Shown here in pieces: positions 54,311-64,000 of a stretch of DNA of 64,000 nucleotides. Made by a program: the position numbers and the translations under genes. Each line of letters starts with the position of its first letter. Positions within the stretch are counted from its first letter, which is position 1. The notes under the pieces were generated by a model. It ran no database searches, was not told where the DNA came from, and saw only the letters and a list, made by a program, of their open reading frames with translations. Location: IMG/VR virus record IMGVR_UViG_3300020431_000005, positions 1-64,000 of that record; one strand, 5' to 3'. The stretch is from a virus (Duplodnaviria > Caudoviricetes).

Positions 54311-55963
54311 TTGGCAACTGGTACTGATGTATATTTGGGTAATCCCAACCTTAAAAAGGCTGGGACCCCAATACAATTTACAAAAAAGCAAATTGATGAG
54401 TGGATCAAGTGTAAGAATGATCCCATCTACTTTGCGATGAACTATATAAAAATCATCTCTCTTGACGAAGGTTTGGTGCCTTTTGAGATGTATGATTTTC
54501 AAAAAAAGATTTTGAGCGATTTTCATGAAACAAGATTTAACATCGCAAAGCTCCCAAGACAAACAGGGAAGTCTACTACGGTTGTCGCTTATCTTCTTTA
54601 TTACGCAATTTTTTACGATAGTGTTAATATTGGTATTCTTGCAAACAAGGCATCTACCGCTAGGGAACTGCTAGGAAGATTACAACTTGCTTATGAAAAT
54701 CTACCAAAGTGGATGCAGCATGGTGTATTGGTGTGGAACAAAGGTAATGTGGAGTTAGAAAATGGCAGTAAGATATTGGCAGCTTCTACATCTGCAAGTG
54801 CTGTCCGAGGCATGTCGTTTAACATTCTCTTCCTCGATGAGTTCGCCTTCGTTCCAAACCATGTTGCAGAGCAATTCTTTGCCTCTGTTTATCCTACTAT
54901 TACTTCTGGTAAATCAACGAAAGTAATTATCATCTCTACGCCTAATGGGATGAATCACTTCTACAAGATGTGGGAGGATGCTAGGCGTGGTAAAAATGAT
55001 TACACTACAAACGAAGTTCACTGGTCTCAAGTACCTGGCAGAGATGCTAAGTGGAAAGAAGAGACGATTAAGAACACATCCCCAAGACAGTTCGCACAAG
55101 AGTTTGAGTGCGACTTTCTTGGATCTGCTGACACTTTAATTAGTCCAGCAAAACTACAAACTATACCATTCGCTGATCCGATTAAATCAAATGCTGGACT
55201 TGATATCTATGAGAGAGTCGAAAAGGATCACGAATATATTATTACTGTTGATGTTGCCAGAGGAATTGGTGGGGACTATTCTGCTTTCCTCGTGTTTGAT
55301 ATCACCACGATGCCGTATAAGATCGTTGCAAAGTACAGAAATAATGAGATTAAACCTATACTGTTTCCCTCAGTAATTTTTCAAATTTGTAAAGAATATA
55401 ACAACCCATACGTTCTGGTAGAAGTAAATGACATTGGTGATAGTATCGCTGCTACTCTTAATTACGATCTTGAATATCCTAACGTACTTATGTGTGCGAT
55501 GCGTGGTAGAGCAGGTCAAGTCGTGGGGCAAGGATTCTCAGGAACAAAAACACAACTAGGTGTCAAGATGAGTGTAACGGTCAAGAAGATCGGTTGCTCT
55601 AATCTCAAAGCTATTATTGAAGAAGACAAATTAATATTCAATGACTTCCAGATCTTCCAAGAACTTACTACGTTTGTGCAGAAGAAACAAGCATGGGAAG
55701 CAGACGAAGGATATCATGATGACCTTGTAATGTGTATGGTTCTCTTCGCATGGTTAGTCATGCAAGAATACTTTAAGGAGATGACCGATCAGGATATCAG
55801 AAGGAGAATTTATGATGAACAACGTAATCAAATAGAACAGGACATGGCTCCATTTGGTTTCCTTGATGACGGCATGGGTGATGATACTTTTGTTGATGGA
55901 GATGGCAATCTTTGGGAGTATGGAGACAAGCAAGAAGAAGTCGGATACATGTGGAACTACTGA
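54311..55963 (+). CDS. g17: terminase large subunit gp17
   Basis: YLGNPNLKK, PRQTGKST Walker A, LFLDEFAF Walker B, STPNG, VDVARG and HDDLVM; TTG start. Confidence 0.97.
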   Translation: MATGTDVYLGNPNLKKAGTPIQFTKKQIDEWIKCKNDPIYFAMNYIKIISLDEGLVPFEMYDFQKKILSDFHETRFNIAKLPRQTGKSTTVVAYLLYYAIFYDSVNIGILANKASTARELLGRLQLAYENLPKWMQHGVLVWNKGNVELENGSKILAASTSASAVRGMSFNILFLDEFAFVPNHVAEQFFASVYPTITSGKSTKVIIISTPNGMNHFYKMWEDARRGKNDYTTNEVHWSQVPGRDAKWKEETIKNTSPRQFAQEFECDFLGSADTLISPAKLQTIPFADPIKSNAGLDIYERVEKDHEYIITVDVARGIGGDYSAFLVFDITTMPYKIVAKYRNNEIKPILFPSVIFQICKEYNNPYVLVEVNDIGDSIAATLNYDLEYPNVLMCAMRGRAGQVVGQGFSGTKTQLGVKMSVTVKKIGCSNLKAIIEEDKLIFNDFQIFQELTTFVQKKQAWEADEGYHDDLVMCMVLFAWLVMQEYFKEMTDQDIRRRIYDEQRNQIEQDMAPFGFLDDGMGDDTFVDGDGNLWEYGDKQEEVGYMWNY

Positions 55964-56193
55964 TGAATATTGAAGATCAATTTTCACTGGAACATATTCT
56001 GTTTAAAGAAAGAAAATGTAGATCATGTGGAATTAAAAAAGATCTTATCGAAGATTTTTATCTTACCAGAAAAACTAAGAAAGGACATCCATCAGCATAC
56101 GCATACGAATGTAAGGAGTGTACTGTCAAAAGGGTTATGGAATCTAGAAAAAAGAGAGATCCGTTTCATGATTGGGGATATCCAGATTGGTAG
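55963..56193 (+). CDS. small Zn-finger protein (endonuclease VII N-terminus-like)
   Basis: CRSCG...FY...YECKEC; start ATG overlaps the gp17 stop. Confidence 0.7.
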   Translation: MNIEDQFSLEHILFKERKCRSCGIKKDLIEDFYLTRKTKKGHPSAYAYECKECTVKRVMESRKKRDPFHDWGYPDW

Positions 56194-56231
56194 TTCATGC
56201 ATAGTTCACCACCTCTGAAACATTCAAAAAT

Positions 56232-56238
56232 CTAAATA
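56232..56238 (+). promoter_or_regulatory. late promoter
   Basis: CTAAATA upstream of gp18. Confidence 0.65.
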
Positions 56239-56274
56239 GATTTAGATAAATTTGATATCTAAAGAGGTATAAAC

Positions 56275-58191
56275 ATGGCAAGTCAAGTCTCGCCTGGTGT
56301 TGTTATTAGAGAGAGTGATTTGTCCAATGCAGTTGTTGTAGGCGATGTAGCTATTACTGGCGCTATTGCTTCCTCATTCCGCAAAGGACCCGTAGGCAAA
56401 ATTACAAACGTTAGTACCGAAAGGGAACTAATCGACACATTTGGAGCACCATCCGAGGCTAACGCTGGAGATTGGTTGGTTGCTTCAGAATTCCTCCGTT
56501 ATGGTGGAAGACTAGCAGTTGTTAGAGCAGCAACTGCAGTTGTTAACGCAACAGAATCTGGCACTGGTGTTCTTATCGCTGACAAGGATGCATTTGATGC
56601 TGGAGTAACTTCAGAAAAATTTGCTGCTAGAGATGCAGGTGCAGATGGAAACAACCTTAGTGTTGTTATCATAGACAGAGGTCCTGATTACACCATCAAC
56701 AAAACCGGTCATGGTCTAGCAGTCGGTGGCACATACACTGACGACGCTGCTGTAGCACACGAAGTTTATGAACTAAATGGTGCTAACAGTTTCAGAATTA
56801 TTAAAGGAAGTGCTGCTCCAACTCCTGCTGCAGGAGATACTGCTGTTCTATATTCAGCATCTGATTGGAACGCACGTCAGATTGGATCAACTGGTTTGAC
56901 ATTCAAATCAATTGCTCCTCGTCCTGGAACTTCTGCATACGCAACTGAGCGTTTCTTGTCATATGACGAAGTGCATGTTGCTGTAGTTAATACTGCAACC
57001 AATACAGTTCTTGAGAGAATGACATATCTCTCCAAACTTACCGATGGTAAGTCTCCCGAAGGTAATTCAACTTACTGGAAGGATTATGTAAATCAGTATT
57101 CTGGTTATATTTACGCTGGTGCTGCTCTAAGTGGAACCGAAATTACAACTGCCGGAGAAGATCCCGGTGCTGCAGCTGCCTCTTATGGTGCTACTTCAGG
57201 ATCTCCATTGGTATTAGCAAGAATTCTTCCTACTGCAGGTGGAGCTCTTTCTGGTGGTACTGATGACTATGCATATACTGCTGGCGAAGTTAGTGCTGCA
57301 TACGATTTATTCTTAGATACAGAAGCAACGGATGTTGATTTTGTTCTTATGGGTGGCGATGCTGCTGACGAAACAGACACAATTGCTAAAGCAGCTTCTG
57401 TTGCTGCTGTTGCTAATAGCAGAAAAGATTGTGTTGCATTCATCTCACCATGGACCGGTGCTCAAATTGCAACCTCTGGTGGCAGTGCATTAACTCCAAC
57501 ACAACAACTAGCAAATACACTAGAGTTCTTTGAAAGCATTGGTTCTAGTTCCTTTGTTGTTCTAGACAGTGGTGTTAAGTATACATACGATCGCTTTAAT
57601 GACAAGTATCGTTATGTTGGTTGTAATGGTGATGTTGCTGGTTTATGCGTTTCAACTTCTGCAATTCTAGATGACTGGTTCTCACCAGCAGGTCTAAACC
57701 GTGGTGGTTTGCAAAACGTTGTTAAGTTGGCATTCAATCCCAACAAAGCACAACGCGATGATCTCTATACAAATAGAATCAACCCAATCGTTTCATTCCC
57801 TGGTTCTGGTCCTGTTCTCTTTGGAGATAAGACTGGTCTTGCTTCACCTTCTGCATTCGATCGTATCAACGTTCGCCGTCTCTTCCTCAATGTTGAGAAG
57901 AGAGCAAGAGCTCTCGCAGAAAGCGTACTGTTTGAGCAGAATGATCCGGTAACACGTTCTAATTTTAATTCTTCTATTGCTTCTTATCTTTCCGAGATTC
58001 AAGCACGTAGAGGTTTAACAGATTATCTAGTTGTTTGCGATGGAACAAACAACACTCCTGAAGTTATCGACAGGAACGAATTCGTTGCTGAACTATACCT
58101 CAAGCCCACCCGCTCTATTAACTACGTAACTGTCACAGTGACTGCTACGAAGACGGGTGTTTCCTTTGAGGAAGTAGTCGGTAGAGGTTAA
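56275..58191 (+). CDS. g18: tail sheath protein gp18
   Basis: SPGVVIRE.D, WFSPAGLNRG, FDRINVRRLF and FEQND. Confidence 0.97.
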   Translation: MASQVSPGVVIRESDLSNAVVVGDVAITGAIASSFRKGPVGKITNVSTERELIDTFGAPSEANAGDWLVASEFLRYGGRLAVVRAATAVVNATESGTGVLIADKDAFDAGVTSEKFAARDAGADGNNLSVVIIDRGPDYTINKTGHGLAVGGTYTDDAAVAHEVYELNGANSFRIIKGSAAPTPAAGDTAVLYSASDWNARQIGSTGLTFKSIAPRPGTSAYATERFLSYDEVHVAVVNTATNTVLERMTYLSKLTDGKSPEGNSTYWKDYVNQYSGYIYAGAALSGTEITTAGEDPGAAAASYGATSGSPLVLARILPTAGGALSGGTDDYAYTAGEVSAAYDLFLDTEATDVDFVLMGGDAADETDTIAKAASVAAVANSRKDCVAFISPWTGAQIATSGGSALTPTQQLANTLEFFESIGSSSFVVLDSGVKYTYDRFNDKYRYVGCNGDVAGLCVSTSAILDDWFSPAGLNRGGLQNVVKLAFNPNKAQRDDLYTNRINPIVSFPGSGPVLFGDKTGLASPSAFDRINVRRLFLNVEKRARALAESVLFEQNDPVTRSNFNSSIASYLSEIQARRGLTDYLVVCDGTNNTPEVIDRNEFVAELYLKPTRSINYVTVTVTATKTGVSFEEVVGRG

Positions 58192-58226
58192 TCAATACTA
58201 GATAAAACATAACGAGGTAAACAACA

Positions 58227-58850
58227 ATGGCAACGTCAAACGTAAGTCAATTTCTTCAGACAATTGGGCAAGGTGTCAAGCCCAATATGTTCTTGGTTGA
58301 CATCAAATTCCCAGATGAATTAGGTGGTTCATCTACAGCACTAGGAACTGATCTTTCAAATATTCTTTGTAAGTCAGCAGCACTTCCAGGTTCTAACTTG
58401 GGTGTTATTGAAGTTCCTTTCCGTGGTAGAACAGTTAAAATCGCAGGTGATCGCACCTTCGATACATGGTCTGCAACCTTCTTCAATGATAAGAACATGG
58501 AACTCCGTGGTCTATTTGAAGAGTGGGCAAATCAACTCAACACCCATGAAGCAAATACTGCTCCTAGGTTCCTACCTGATAGTGCAAGTACTGGATACAT
58601 GGCAAGTCTCTATGTAACTCAACTAGAGAAAGATGATTCGGAAGGTGGTTCTGCAGTCAGAACTTACAAACTCCATCATTGCTTCCCAACCAACATCTCT
58701 CAGATTGATCTTGCTTATGATAGCAACGATCAGATTGAAGAGTTTACAGTTGAATGGCAGTATTCCTTCTTCACCGCGCAGAAGGAAAATAGCGAGACCT
58801 CTGGTTCCGCTAATGTCAAGGGTACTGCATCTGCTAAGACTGTGGTCTGA
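58227..58850 (+). CDS. g19: tail tube protein gp19
   Basis: CKSAALPGS, VPFRGRTVKIAGDRTFDTW and IEEFTVEWQY. Confidence 0.97.
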   Translation: MATSNVSQFLQTIGQGVKPNMFLVDIKFPDELGGSSTALGTDLSNILCKSAALPGSNLGVIEVPFRGRTVKIAGDRTFDTWSATFFNDKNMELRGLFEEWANQLNTHEANTAPRFLPDSASTGYMASLYVTQLEKDDSEGGSAVRTYKLHHCFPTNISQIDLAYDSNDQIEEFTVEWQYSFFTAQKENSETSGSANVKGTASAKTVV

Positions 58851-58856
58851 TAAATA
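58850..58856 (+). promoter_or_regulatory. late promoter
   Basis: ATAAATA. Confidence 0.65.
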
Positions 58857-58886
58857 GTTGGAAGCGCACAAGTTGAATAGATAATC

Positions 58887-60590
58887 ATGAGTCAGTTATT
58901 TGGCTTCCAAATTAACAGAAAAGAGGGGCAGCGAGGTCAATCTCCTGTCCCTCCTTCTGCTGAAGATCCAGTTGCAGTAGCCGCTGGTGGGTATTATGGA
59001 ACGTATGTAGATACAGACAATCAAGCTCGTAATGAGTTTGAGATGATCCGTCGTTATCGCGACATGGCAATTCACCCTGAGGTGGATAGTGCCGTAGATG
59101 AAGTTGTAAACGAGTTTATCGTAAGTGATGCTTACGATTCTCCTGTAGAAATTAACTTAGATAATCTAGGTGTTGGTGCTGGAGTAAAAACTAAAATTCG
59201 TAATGAGTTTGAGTATCTGAAAAGACTTTTAAACTTCGACAATCGAGCACATGAGATTGTCCGAACTTGGTATATTGATGGACGTTTATTTTATCATAAG
59301 GTTATCGATTTAGATAATCCTAAAAAAGGTATTACAGAACTTCGTTATATTGATCCGATGAAGATCAAGAAAGTTCGTCAAAAAATTGACAATACTCCAA
59401 AAGATTCTCTAGCGAAAGCAGCAATCAAAGGCACGGCGCTTGAGTATGAATATGGAACGTTTGTTGATTACTATCTTTACAATCCAAAAGGTTTCTATAA
59501 AGGCGGTGTCCTAGGACCGATTGGAGATATGTCTTTGTCTCAGGGTGTCAAGATGGCAACTGATTCGATTACATTCTGTCCCTCTGGACTACAAGATTTA
59601 AACAAAAGAATGACTCTTGGTTTCCTACACAAGGCAATCAAGACTCTCAATCAATTAAGAATGATTGAAGATTCAATTGTTATCTACAGATTATCACGCG
59701 CACCTGAGCGTAGAATTTTCTACATCGATGTTGGTAATCTACCTAAAGTTAAAGCAGAGCAATACCTGCGTGATGTCATGTCTCGCTATCGTAACAAACT
59801 AGTGTATGACGCAAACACTGGTGAGATGCGTGATGACAAAAAGCATATGAGTATGCTTGAAGATTTCTGGTTGCCTCGTAGAGAGGGTGGTCGTGGTACT
59901 GAAATTACTACGCTGCCTGGAGGACAGAACCTTGGAGAACTTAAGGACGTTGAGTATTTTAAAAAGAAACTTTATAACTCTCTCAATCTTCCTCCCTCTC
60001 GTCTCACAGACGATAGCAAAGGATTCAATCTCGGTAAAACCACTGAAGTCCTCCGTGACGAACTTAAGTTCACGAAGTTCATTGGTCGTCTCCGCAAGAG
60101 ATTCTCTGAGATGTTCCATGACATGCTCAAGACTCAACTCATTCTTAAAGGAGTAATTTCTCCTGAAGACTGGGATGATATGAAGGAGCATATCCAGTAT
60201 GACTATCTCTTTGACAATCATTTCAATGAACTAAAAGAAATTGAAATGATGAACCAGAGGATGATGACTGTAAGTCAGATGGATCCTTTTGTTGGCAAAT
60301 ATTTCTCTGTTGAATATATCCGTCGTCATGTTCTAAATCAAAAAGATACAGAATATAAGGATATTGACAAGCAGATAAAAGCAGAGATTGCTTCTGGTCT
60401 CTCTGTTGATCCGGCAGAAACAAATGCTATGGATCAAATGACAGCAGCAAACACTGCCCTTGCTCCTGAAATTCAGGATCAGCAAGCACAAGATGCTGCA
60501 GAAAGACAAGAACTTGCTGCGGATGCTGCGTCGGAAAGAGAAGTATCCAAGGCAAAGAAAATGCCTTCACCTTCTACAAATAATAAATAA
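58887..60590 (+). CDS. g20: portal protein gp20
   Basis: RAPERRIFYIDVGNLPK and EDFWLPRREGGRGTEITTLPGG. Confidence 0.98.
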   Translation: MSQLFGFQINRKEGQRGQSPVPPSAEDPVAVAAGGYYGTYVDTDNQARNEFEMIRRYRDMAIHPEVDSAVDEVVNEFIVSDAYDSPVEINLDNLGVGAGVKTKIRNEFEYLKRLLNFDNRAHEIVRTWYIDGRLFYHKVIDLDNPKKGITELRYIDPMKIKKVRQKIDNTPKDSLAKAAIKGTALEYEYGTFVDYYLYNPKGFYKGGVLGPIGDMSLSQGVKMATDSITFCPSGLQDLNKRMTLGFLHKAIKTLNQLRMIEDSIVIYRLSRAPERRIFYIDVGNLPKVKAEQYLRDVMSRYRNKLVYDANTGEMRDDKKHMSMLEDFWLPRREGGRGTEITTLPGGQNLGELKDVEYFKKKLYNSLNLPPSRLTDDSKGFNLGKTTEVLRDELKFTKFIGRLRKRFSEMFHDMLKTQLILKGVISPEDWDDMKEHIQYDYLFDNHFNELKEIEMMNQRMMTVSQMDPFVGKYFSVEYIRRHVLNQKDTEYKDIDKQIKAEIASGLSVDPAETNAMDQMTAANTALAPEIQDQQAQDAAERQELAADAASEREVSKAKKMPSPSTNNK

Positions 60591-60609
60591 ATTATACAGA
60601 ATACTTATT

Positions 60610-60822
60610 ATGGAACAACATAACCCTGAACCTGGCGTGGTAAATATCGTTGATAAGATCAGCGACAACGACAGGGCATCTGCTATTGATGCTATTCATG
60701 ATCTACTTTTTGCTAAAGCATCTGATGCTATGGCAACATATAAGCAGGTTGCCGCGAATACATTCTTTGATGAACCTACCGAAACGGAAGAACCCGATGA
60801 AACTGATAACGGAAACGATTGA
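60610..60822 (+). CDS. small prohead core-like protein (gp67 position)
   Basis: acidic 70-aa ORF between gp20 and gp21; ATAAATA at 60583-60589. Confidence 0.55.
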   Translation: MEQHNPEPGVVNIVDKISDNDRASAIDAIHDLLFAKASDAMATYKQVAANTFFDEPTETEEPDETDNGND

Positions 60823-61441
60823 GAACGTCAAAATCCTCACTGAGGAAAGAGACGGAAAGAAACTTCTTTATATTGAAGGAGTATTTTTACAGTCAGAACT
60901 AAAGAACCGTAATGGTCGCATGTATCCTTTCGATGTTCTCAACAATGAAGTTGAGAGATACAACGAAGAGTATGTAAAATCAAAACGTGCTTTAGGTGAA
61001 CTCGGTCATCCTGATGGTCCTACTATCAATCTTGATAGAGTATCACACAGAATCACAAGTCTTCGCGCTGAAGGAAATAACTTCATTGGTAAGGCACAAA
61101 TTCTAGATACACCTATGGGACAGATCGCTAAGTCTTTACTTGGCGAAGGAGTTCAGTTGGGTGTTTCATCTCGTGGTATGGGAAGCATTGAAAAGCGTGA
61201 AGATACTTCAGTAGTTCGCGATGACTTCATGCTTACAACTGCTGCTGATATCGTAGCAGATCCTTCCGCTCCCGATGCATTTGTTAATGGCATTATGGAA
61301 GGCAAAGAATGGGTATGGGACAACGGTATTCTTAAGGAATCAAAAGTTGATAAATACCAACGTTATATCAATGGCGCTCCGCGTCGTGAGTTAGAAGAGA
61401 GAACACTCAAGGTGTTTGAGGATTTCCTCGGAAAGCTTTGA
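60797..61441 (+). CDS. g21: prohead protease gp21
   Basis: MKLITE start, NRNGRMY, GELGHP, GVSSRGMGS and DIVADPSAPDA. Confidence 0.97.
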   Translation: MKLITETIENVKILTEERDGKKLLYIEGVFLQSELKNRNGRMYPFDVLNNEVERYNEEYVKSKRALGELGHPDGPTINLDRVSHRITSLRAEGNNFIGKAQILDTPMGQIAKSLLGEGVQLGVSSRGMGSIEKREDTSVVRDDFMLTTAADIVADPSAPDAFVNGIMEGKEWVWDNGILKESKVDKYQRYINGAPRRELEERTLKVFEDFLGKL

Positions 61442-61443
61442 TT

Positions 61444-61451
61444 TATAAATA
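61444..61451 (+). promoter_or_regulatory. T4 late promoter
   Basis: TATAAATA. Confidence 0.8.
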
Positions 61452-61494
61452 AACTTAGATTAATTATTTACGGAAAATTACGAGGTAATCTCAA

Positions 61495-62637
61495 ATGTCA
61501 GATATGTTAAATGAAAAATTTGAGGAGTTCGTTACCGAGCAAAAGGTGATTGTAGAAGCTGGCGATCCTATGCCAACAGTTTCTGCTAACATTATCCCCG
61601 GTGCTGGTAGCGAACCCTCTCAGGTTTCTGACGCGCAGACTGGTTCTGGCGGCAAGGATCCTATGCCTTCAGTTCAACCAGGTGTTGCTCCTGGACAATC
61701 TGCTGCTGCAGATTTAGGTGGAACTTCCACCGCTCCTAATGAGGATGATGACGACGGCGAAGAGAATCCTGGCGCTAAAGCGGCAGCACCTATTTCGCAA
61801 GTATCTGGCGATCCCCAACAACGTGCCGGTAGTCCCGACGCTATGCCTACCGTTGGTGCTGATGTTGCATACGCGACTAGTACTGGACCTGCTGTTACTT
61901 ACCCCATCAAACCTTCTTTTGAAGAACTTGATGTTTCCGCTGATGTTGCCGCTCTAGTAGAAGGCACAGAACTCTCTGAAGAGTTCGCTGAGAAAGCAAA
62001 AGTCATTTTTGAGGCTGCTGTCAAAGCGAAAATCTCTGAGGAGTATGACAAACTTGTAGAGCACTTTGCTGCTGAACTCGATAAGCACGTATCATCTGCT
62101 AAGGCAGAACTTTCCGAGGAAGTAGACGGCACAGTGTCCTATGCCATCGGTCAATGGATGGAGCAAAACCAAGTTGCTATTGACCGTGGAATCAGAAATG
62201 AGATCACTACAGACTTCATCGCAGGTTTGAAGGGTCTCTTTGAAGAGCACTACATTTCTATTCCCGACGAGAAAGTCGATGTTGTAGAAGGTATGGCTGA
62301 ATCTATTCGTGAAATGGAAACCCGCCTTGACGAACAGGTCAAAGCAAACGTGAAATTACAAAATCGTCTTAACGAGTCTGCCAAACTCAATGTTCTGTCC
62401 ACCGTGTCAGAAGGACTAGCAGATACTCAGAAAGAAAAACTCGCAGCACTTGCTGAGGGTCTAGAGTTTGTCTCGGAAGAGTCATTCTCCAAGAAGGTTA
62501 CGACCATCAAGGAGTCTTACTTCAAAGAGTCAATCGCTACCCCAACGGAAGTTGTTGATGAATCCCCAGTTGAAGGTGTAGATGATTCTAACCCAGTAAT
62601 GGCGCAGTATCTGAAAGCACTTGACCGCTGGTCCTAA
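61495..62637 (+). CDS. g22: prohead core scaffold protein gp22
   Basis: LSEEF.EKA..IFEAAV, W..QN..AI and LFEEHYI..P. Confidence 0.93.
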   Translation: MSDMLNEKFEEFVTEQKVIVEAGDPMPTVSANIIPGAGSEPSQVSDAQTGSGGKDPMPSVQPGVAPGQSAAADLGGTSTAPNEDDDDGEENPGAKAAAPISQVSGDPQQRAGSPDAMPTVGADVAYATSTGPAVTYPIKPSFEELDVSADVAALVEGTELSEEFAEKAKVIFEAAVKAKISEEYDKLVEHFAAELDKHVSSAKAELSEEVDGTVSYAIGQWMEQNQVAIDRGIRNEITTDFIAGLKGLFEEHYISIPDEKVDVVEGMAESIREMETRLDEQVKANVKLQNRLNESAKLNVLSTVSEGLADTQKEKLAALAEGLEFVSEESFSKKVTTIKESYFKESIATPTEVVDESPVEGVDDSNPVMAQYLKALDRWS

Positions 62638-62673
62638 TAATAAACCCCACATTTTTCAAACAAGAGCAAACAA

Positions 62674-64000
62674 ATGTTTAATTCAAAGGCTCTAACCGAA
62701 AAGTGGTCTCCTGTTCTAAGTCATGAAGGCGCTGGTGCCATCAAAGACAATTATAGAAAGGCTGTTACCGCTGTTCTGTTAGAAAACACAGAAAATCAAC
62801 TACGCGAAGAGCGTGGTATGATGAACGAAGCTAGTACTGTTGGAGCTATCAGCGCAGCTGGTGGACAAGCACTAGGCGGTTCTGGTCTAACCACCAAGAC
62901 TGGTGGACTTGCAGGTTTCGATCCTGTAATGATCAACCTTATCCGTCGTGCGGCACCTAACTTGGTTGCATACGACATCTGTGGCGTTCAACCCATGAGC
63001 GGTCCTACTGGACTTATCTTCGCAATGAAGAGCCACTACAACACCAGAGCTGGCGCTGAGGCACTCTACAACGAGCCTGACACCAACTTCTCTGGAAACA
63101 CTCAGGGTCCTGGCGCATACAACGATCCCGTATCTCCTCTTGGCGATGGCGGTTCGACTGATGCTAACCCTGGTCTGCTTAACGACGCCACTGGCGGCGG
63201 CACCACTGCTGCTAACTACGAGCGCCAAGCAGGCAACATTGCTAGAGAAACAGCAGAAGTTCTTGGATCGGGTTCGACCTTGTTCAACGAAATGGACTTC
63301 AGCATCGAGAAGACTGCGGTCACTGCTAAGACCAGAGCTCTTCGCGCTGAGTACACTCTAGAATTGGCACAAGACCTTAAGGCAATCCACGGTCTTGATG
63401 CAGAGCAGGAACTCGCTAACCTATTGTCTAGCGAAATCCTTGCTGAGATCAACCGTGAGGTTGTTCGTACCGTTTACACCGTTGCTAAGCCTGGTGCTCA
63501 GAACAACGTTGCTAACGCTGGTGTATTTGACCTCGACGTTGACAGCAACGGTCGTTGGTCGGTTGAGAAGTTCAAAGGACTTATGTTCCAAATCGAGCGC
63601 GATGCCAACGCTATCGCACAAGAGACTCGTAGAGGAAAGGGCAACTTCATCGTCACTTCTGCTGACGTTGCTTCTGCTCTTGCCATGTCTGGCACACTCG
63701 ACTATTCCTCAGGTCTAACTGGTTCTGGTGGTCCTTCCATCGGTGATGTTGATGACACCGGAAACCTTCTAGTCGGCACCATGAACGGTCGCATTAAGGT
63801 CTATGTTGATCCTTACTCTGCTAACGTTTCTAACACCCACTACTACGTAGTTGGTTATAAGGGTTCTTCCCCTTATGACGCAGGACTATTCTACTGCCCC
63901 TACGTTCCCCTCCAGATGCTACGCAGCATCGATCCTCAGACCTTCCAACCTAAGATTGGTTTCAAGACCCGCTACGGCATGGTCAGCAATCCTTTCGTTG
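62674..64000 (+). CDS. g23: major capsid protein gp23 (partial, runs off the window; not in ORF track)
   Basis: KWSPVL, GVQPMSGPTGLIFAM, LELAQDLKAIHGLDAEQEL, FYCPYVPL and GFKTRYG. Confidence 0.98.
   Translation, partial: MFNSKALTEKWSPVLSHEGAGAIKDNYRKAVTAVLLENTENQLREERGMMNEASTVGAISAAGGQALGGSGLTTKTGGLAGFDPVMINLIRRAAPNLVAYDICGVQPMSGPTGLIFAMKSHYNTRAGAEALYNEPDTNFSGNTQGPGAYNDPVSPLGDGGSTDANPGLLNDATGGGTTAANYERQAGNIARETAEVLGSGSTLFNEMDFSIEKTAVTAKTRALRAEYTLELAQDLKAIHGLDAEQELANLLSSEILAEINREVVRTVYTVAKPGAQNNVANAGVFDLDVDSNGRWSVEKFKGLMFQIERDANAIAQETRRGKGNFIVTSADVASALAMSGTLDYSSGLTGSGGPSIGDVDDTGNLLVGTMNGRIKVYVDPYSANVSNTHYYVVGYKGSSPYDAGLFYCPYVPLQMLRSIDPQTFQPKIGFKTRYGMVSNPFV

Noticed and set aside
60460-60796. 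Extended starts for ORFs 60460 and 60650
   Set aside because: They overlap gp20 or the small ORF; canonical starts are 60610 and 60797 (MKLITE)
61560-61860. DPMPTV / DPMPSV / DAMPTV repeats in the gp22 N-terminus
   Set aside because: Low-complexity scaffold region; no basis for a separate element
7101-63718. Many short minus-strand and alternative-frame ORFs in the track
   Set aside because: Shadows of long + strand genes, with no motifs or promoter support
1-64000. CRISPR arrays, tRNA/rRNA genes, introns, inteins, homing endonucleases
   Set aside because: No repeat-spacer pattern or cloverleaf seen; intergenic gaps are tiny; gp17 and gp20 are of normal length

Overview
The window is the structural-gene half of a T4-like cyanomyovirus (Kyanoviridae-type; a Synechococcus/Prochlorococcus-like host is inferred from plastocyanin, an NdhP-like gene and a cyanophage-type gnd fragment). 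Essentially all coding is on the + strand. In order: (1) the end of a GC-richer early region of short ORFs, including an uncalled HicA-like gene; (2) gp5.1-like and PAAR (gp5.4) genes; (3) a small non-late island with a 2OG-Fe(II) oxygenase; (4) baseplate gp25, gp6, giant gp7 and gp8, then a VrlC-like protein; (5) large fibre proteins followed by three glycine-rich adhesin-like paralogs; (6) neck and tail completion gp13-15, and gp16; (7) the hypervariable gp16-gp17 island (petE, truncated gnd, ndhP, ndhQ-like and many membrane micropeptides); (8) gp17-gp22 and gp23, which runs off the window end. T4-type late promoters ((T/C/A)TAAATA) precede most structural units. The most notable observations are: phycobiliprotein-like globin domains, with both beta-subunit chromophore-type cysteines, inside virion fibre and baseplate proteins; a translationally coupled thylakoid electron-transport micropeptide cassette that the ORF track largely misses; a triplicated, gene-converting adhesin array in which each copy has its own late promoter; and Russian-doll nested domain insertions. 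All family assignments come from motif recognition by eye; no searches were run.
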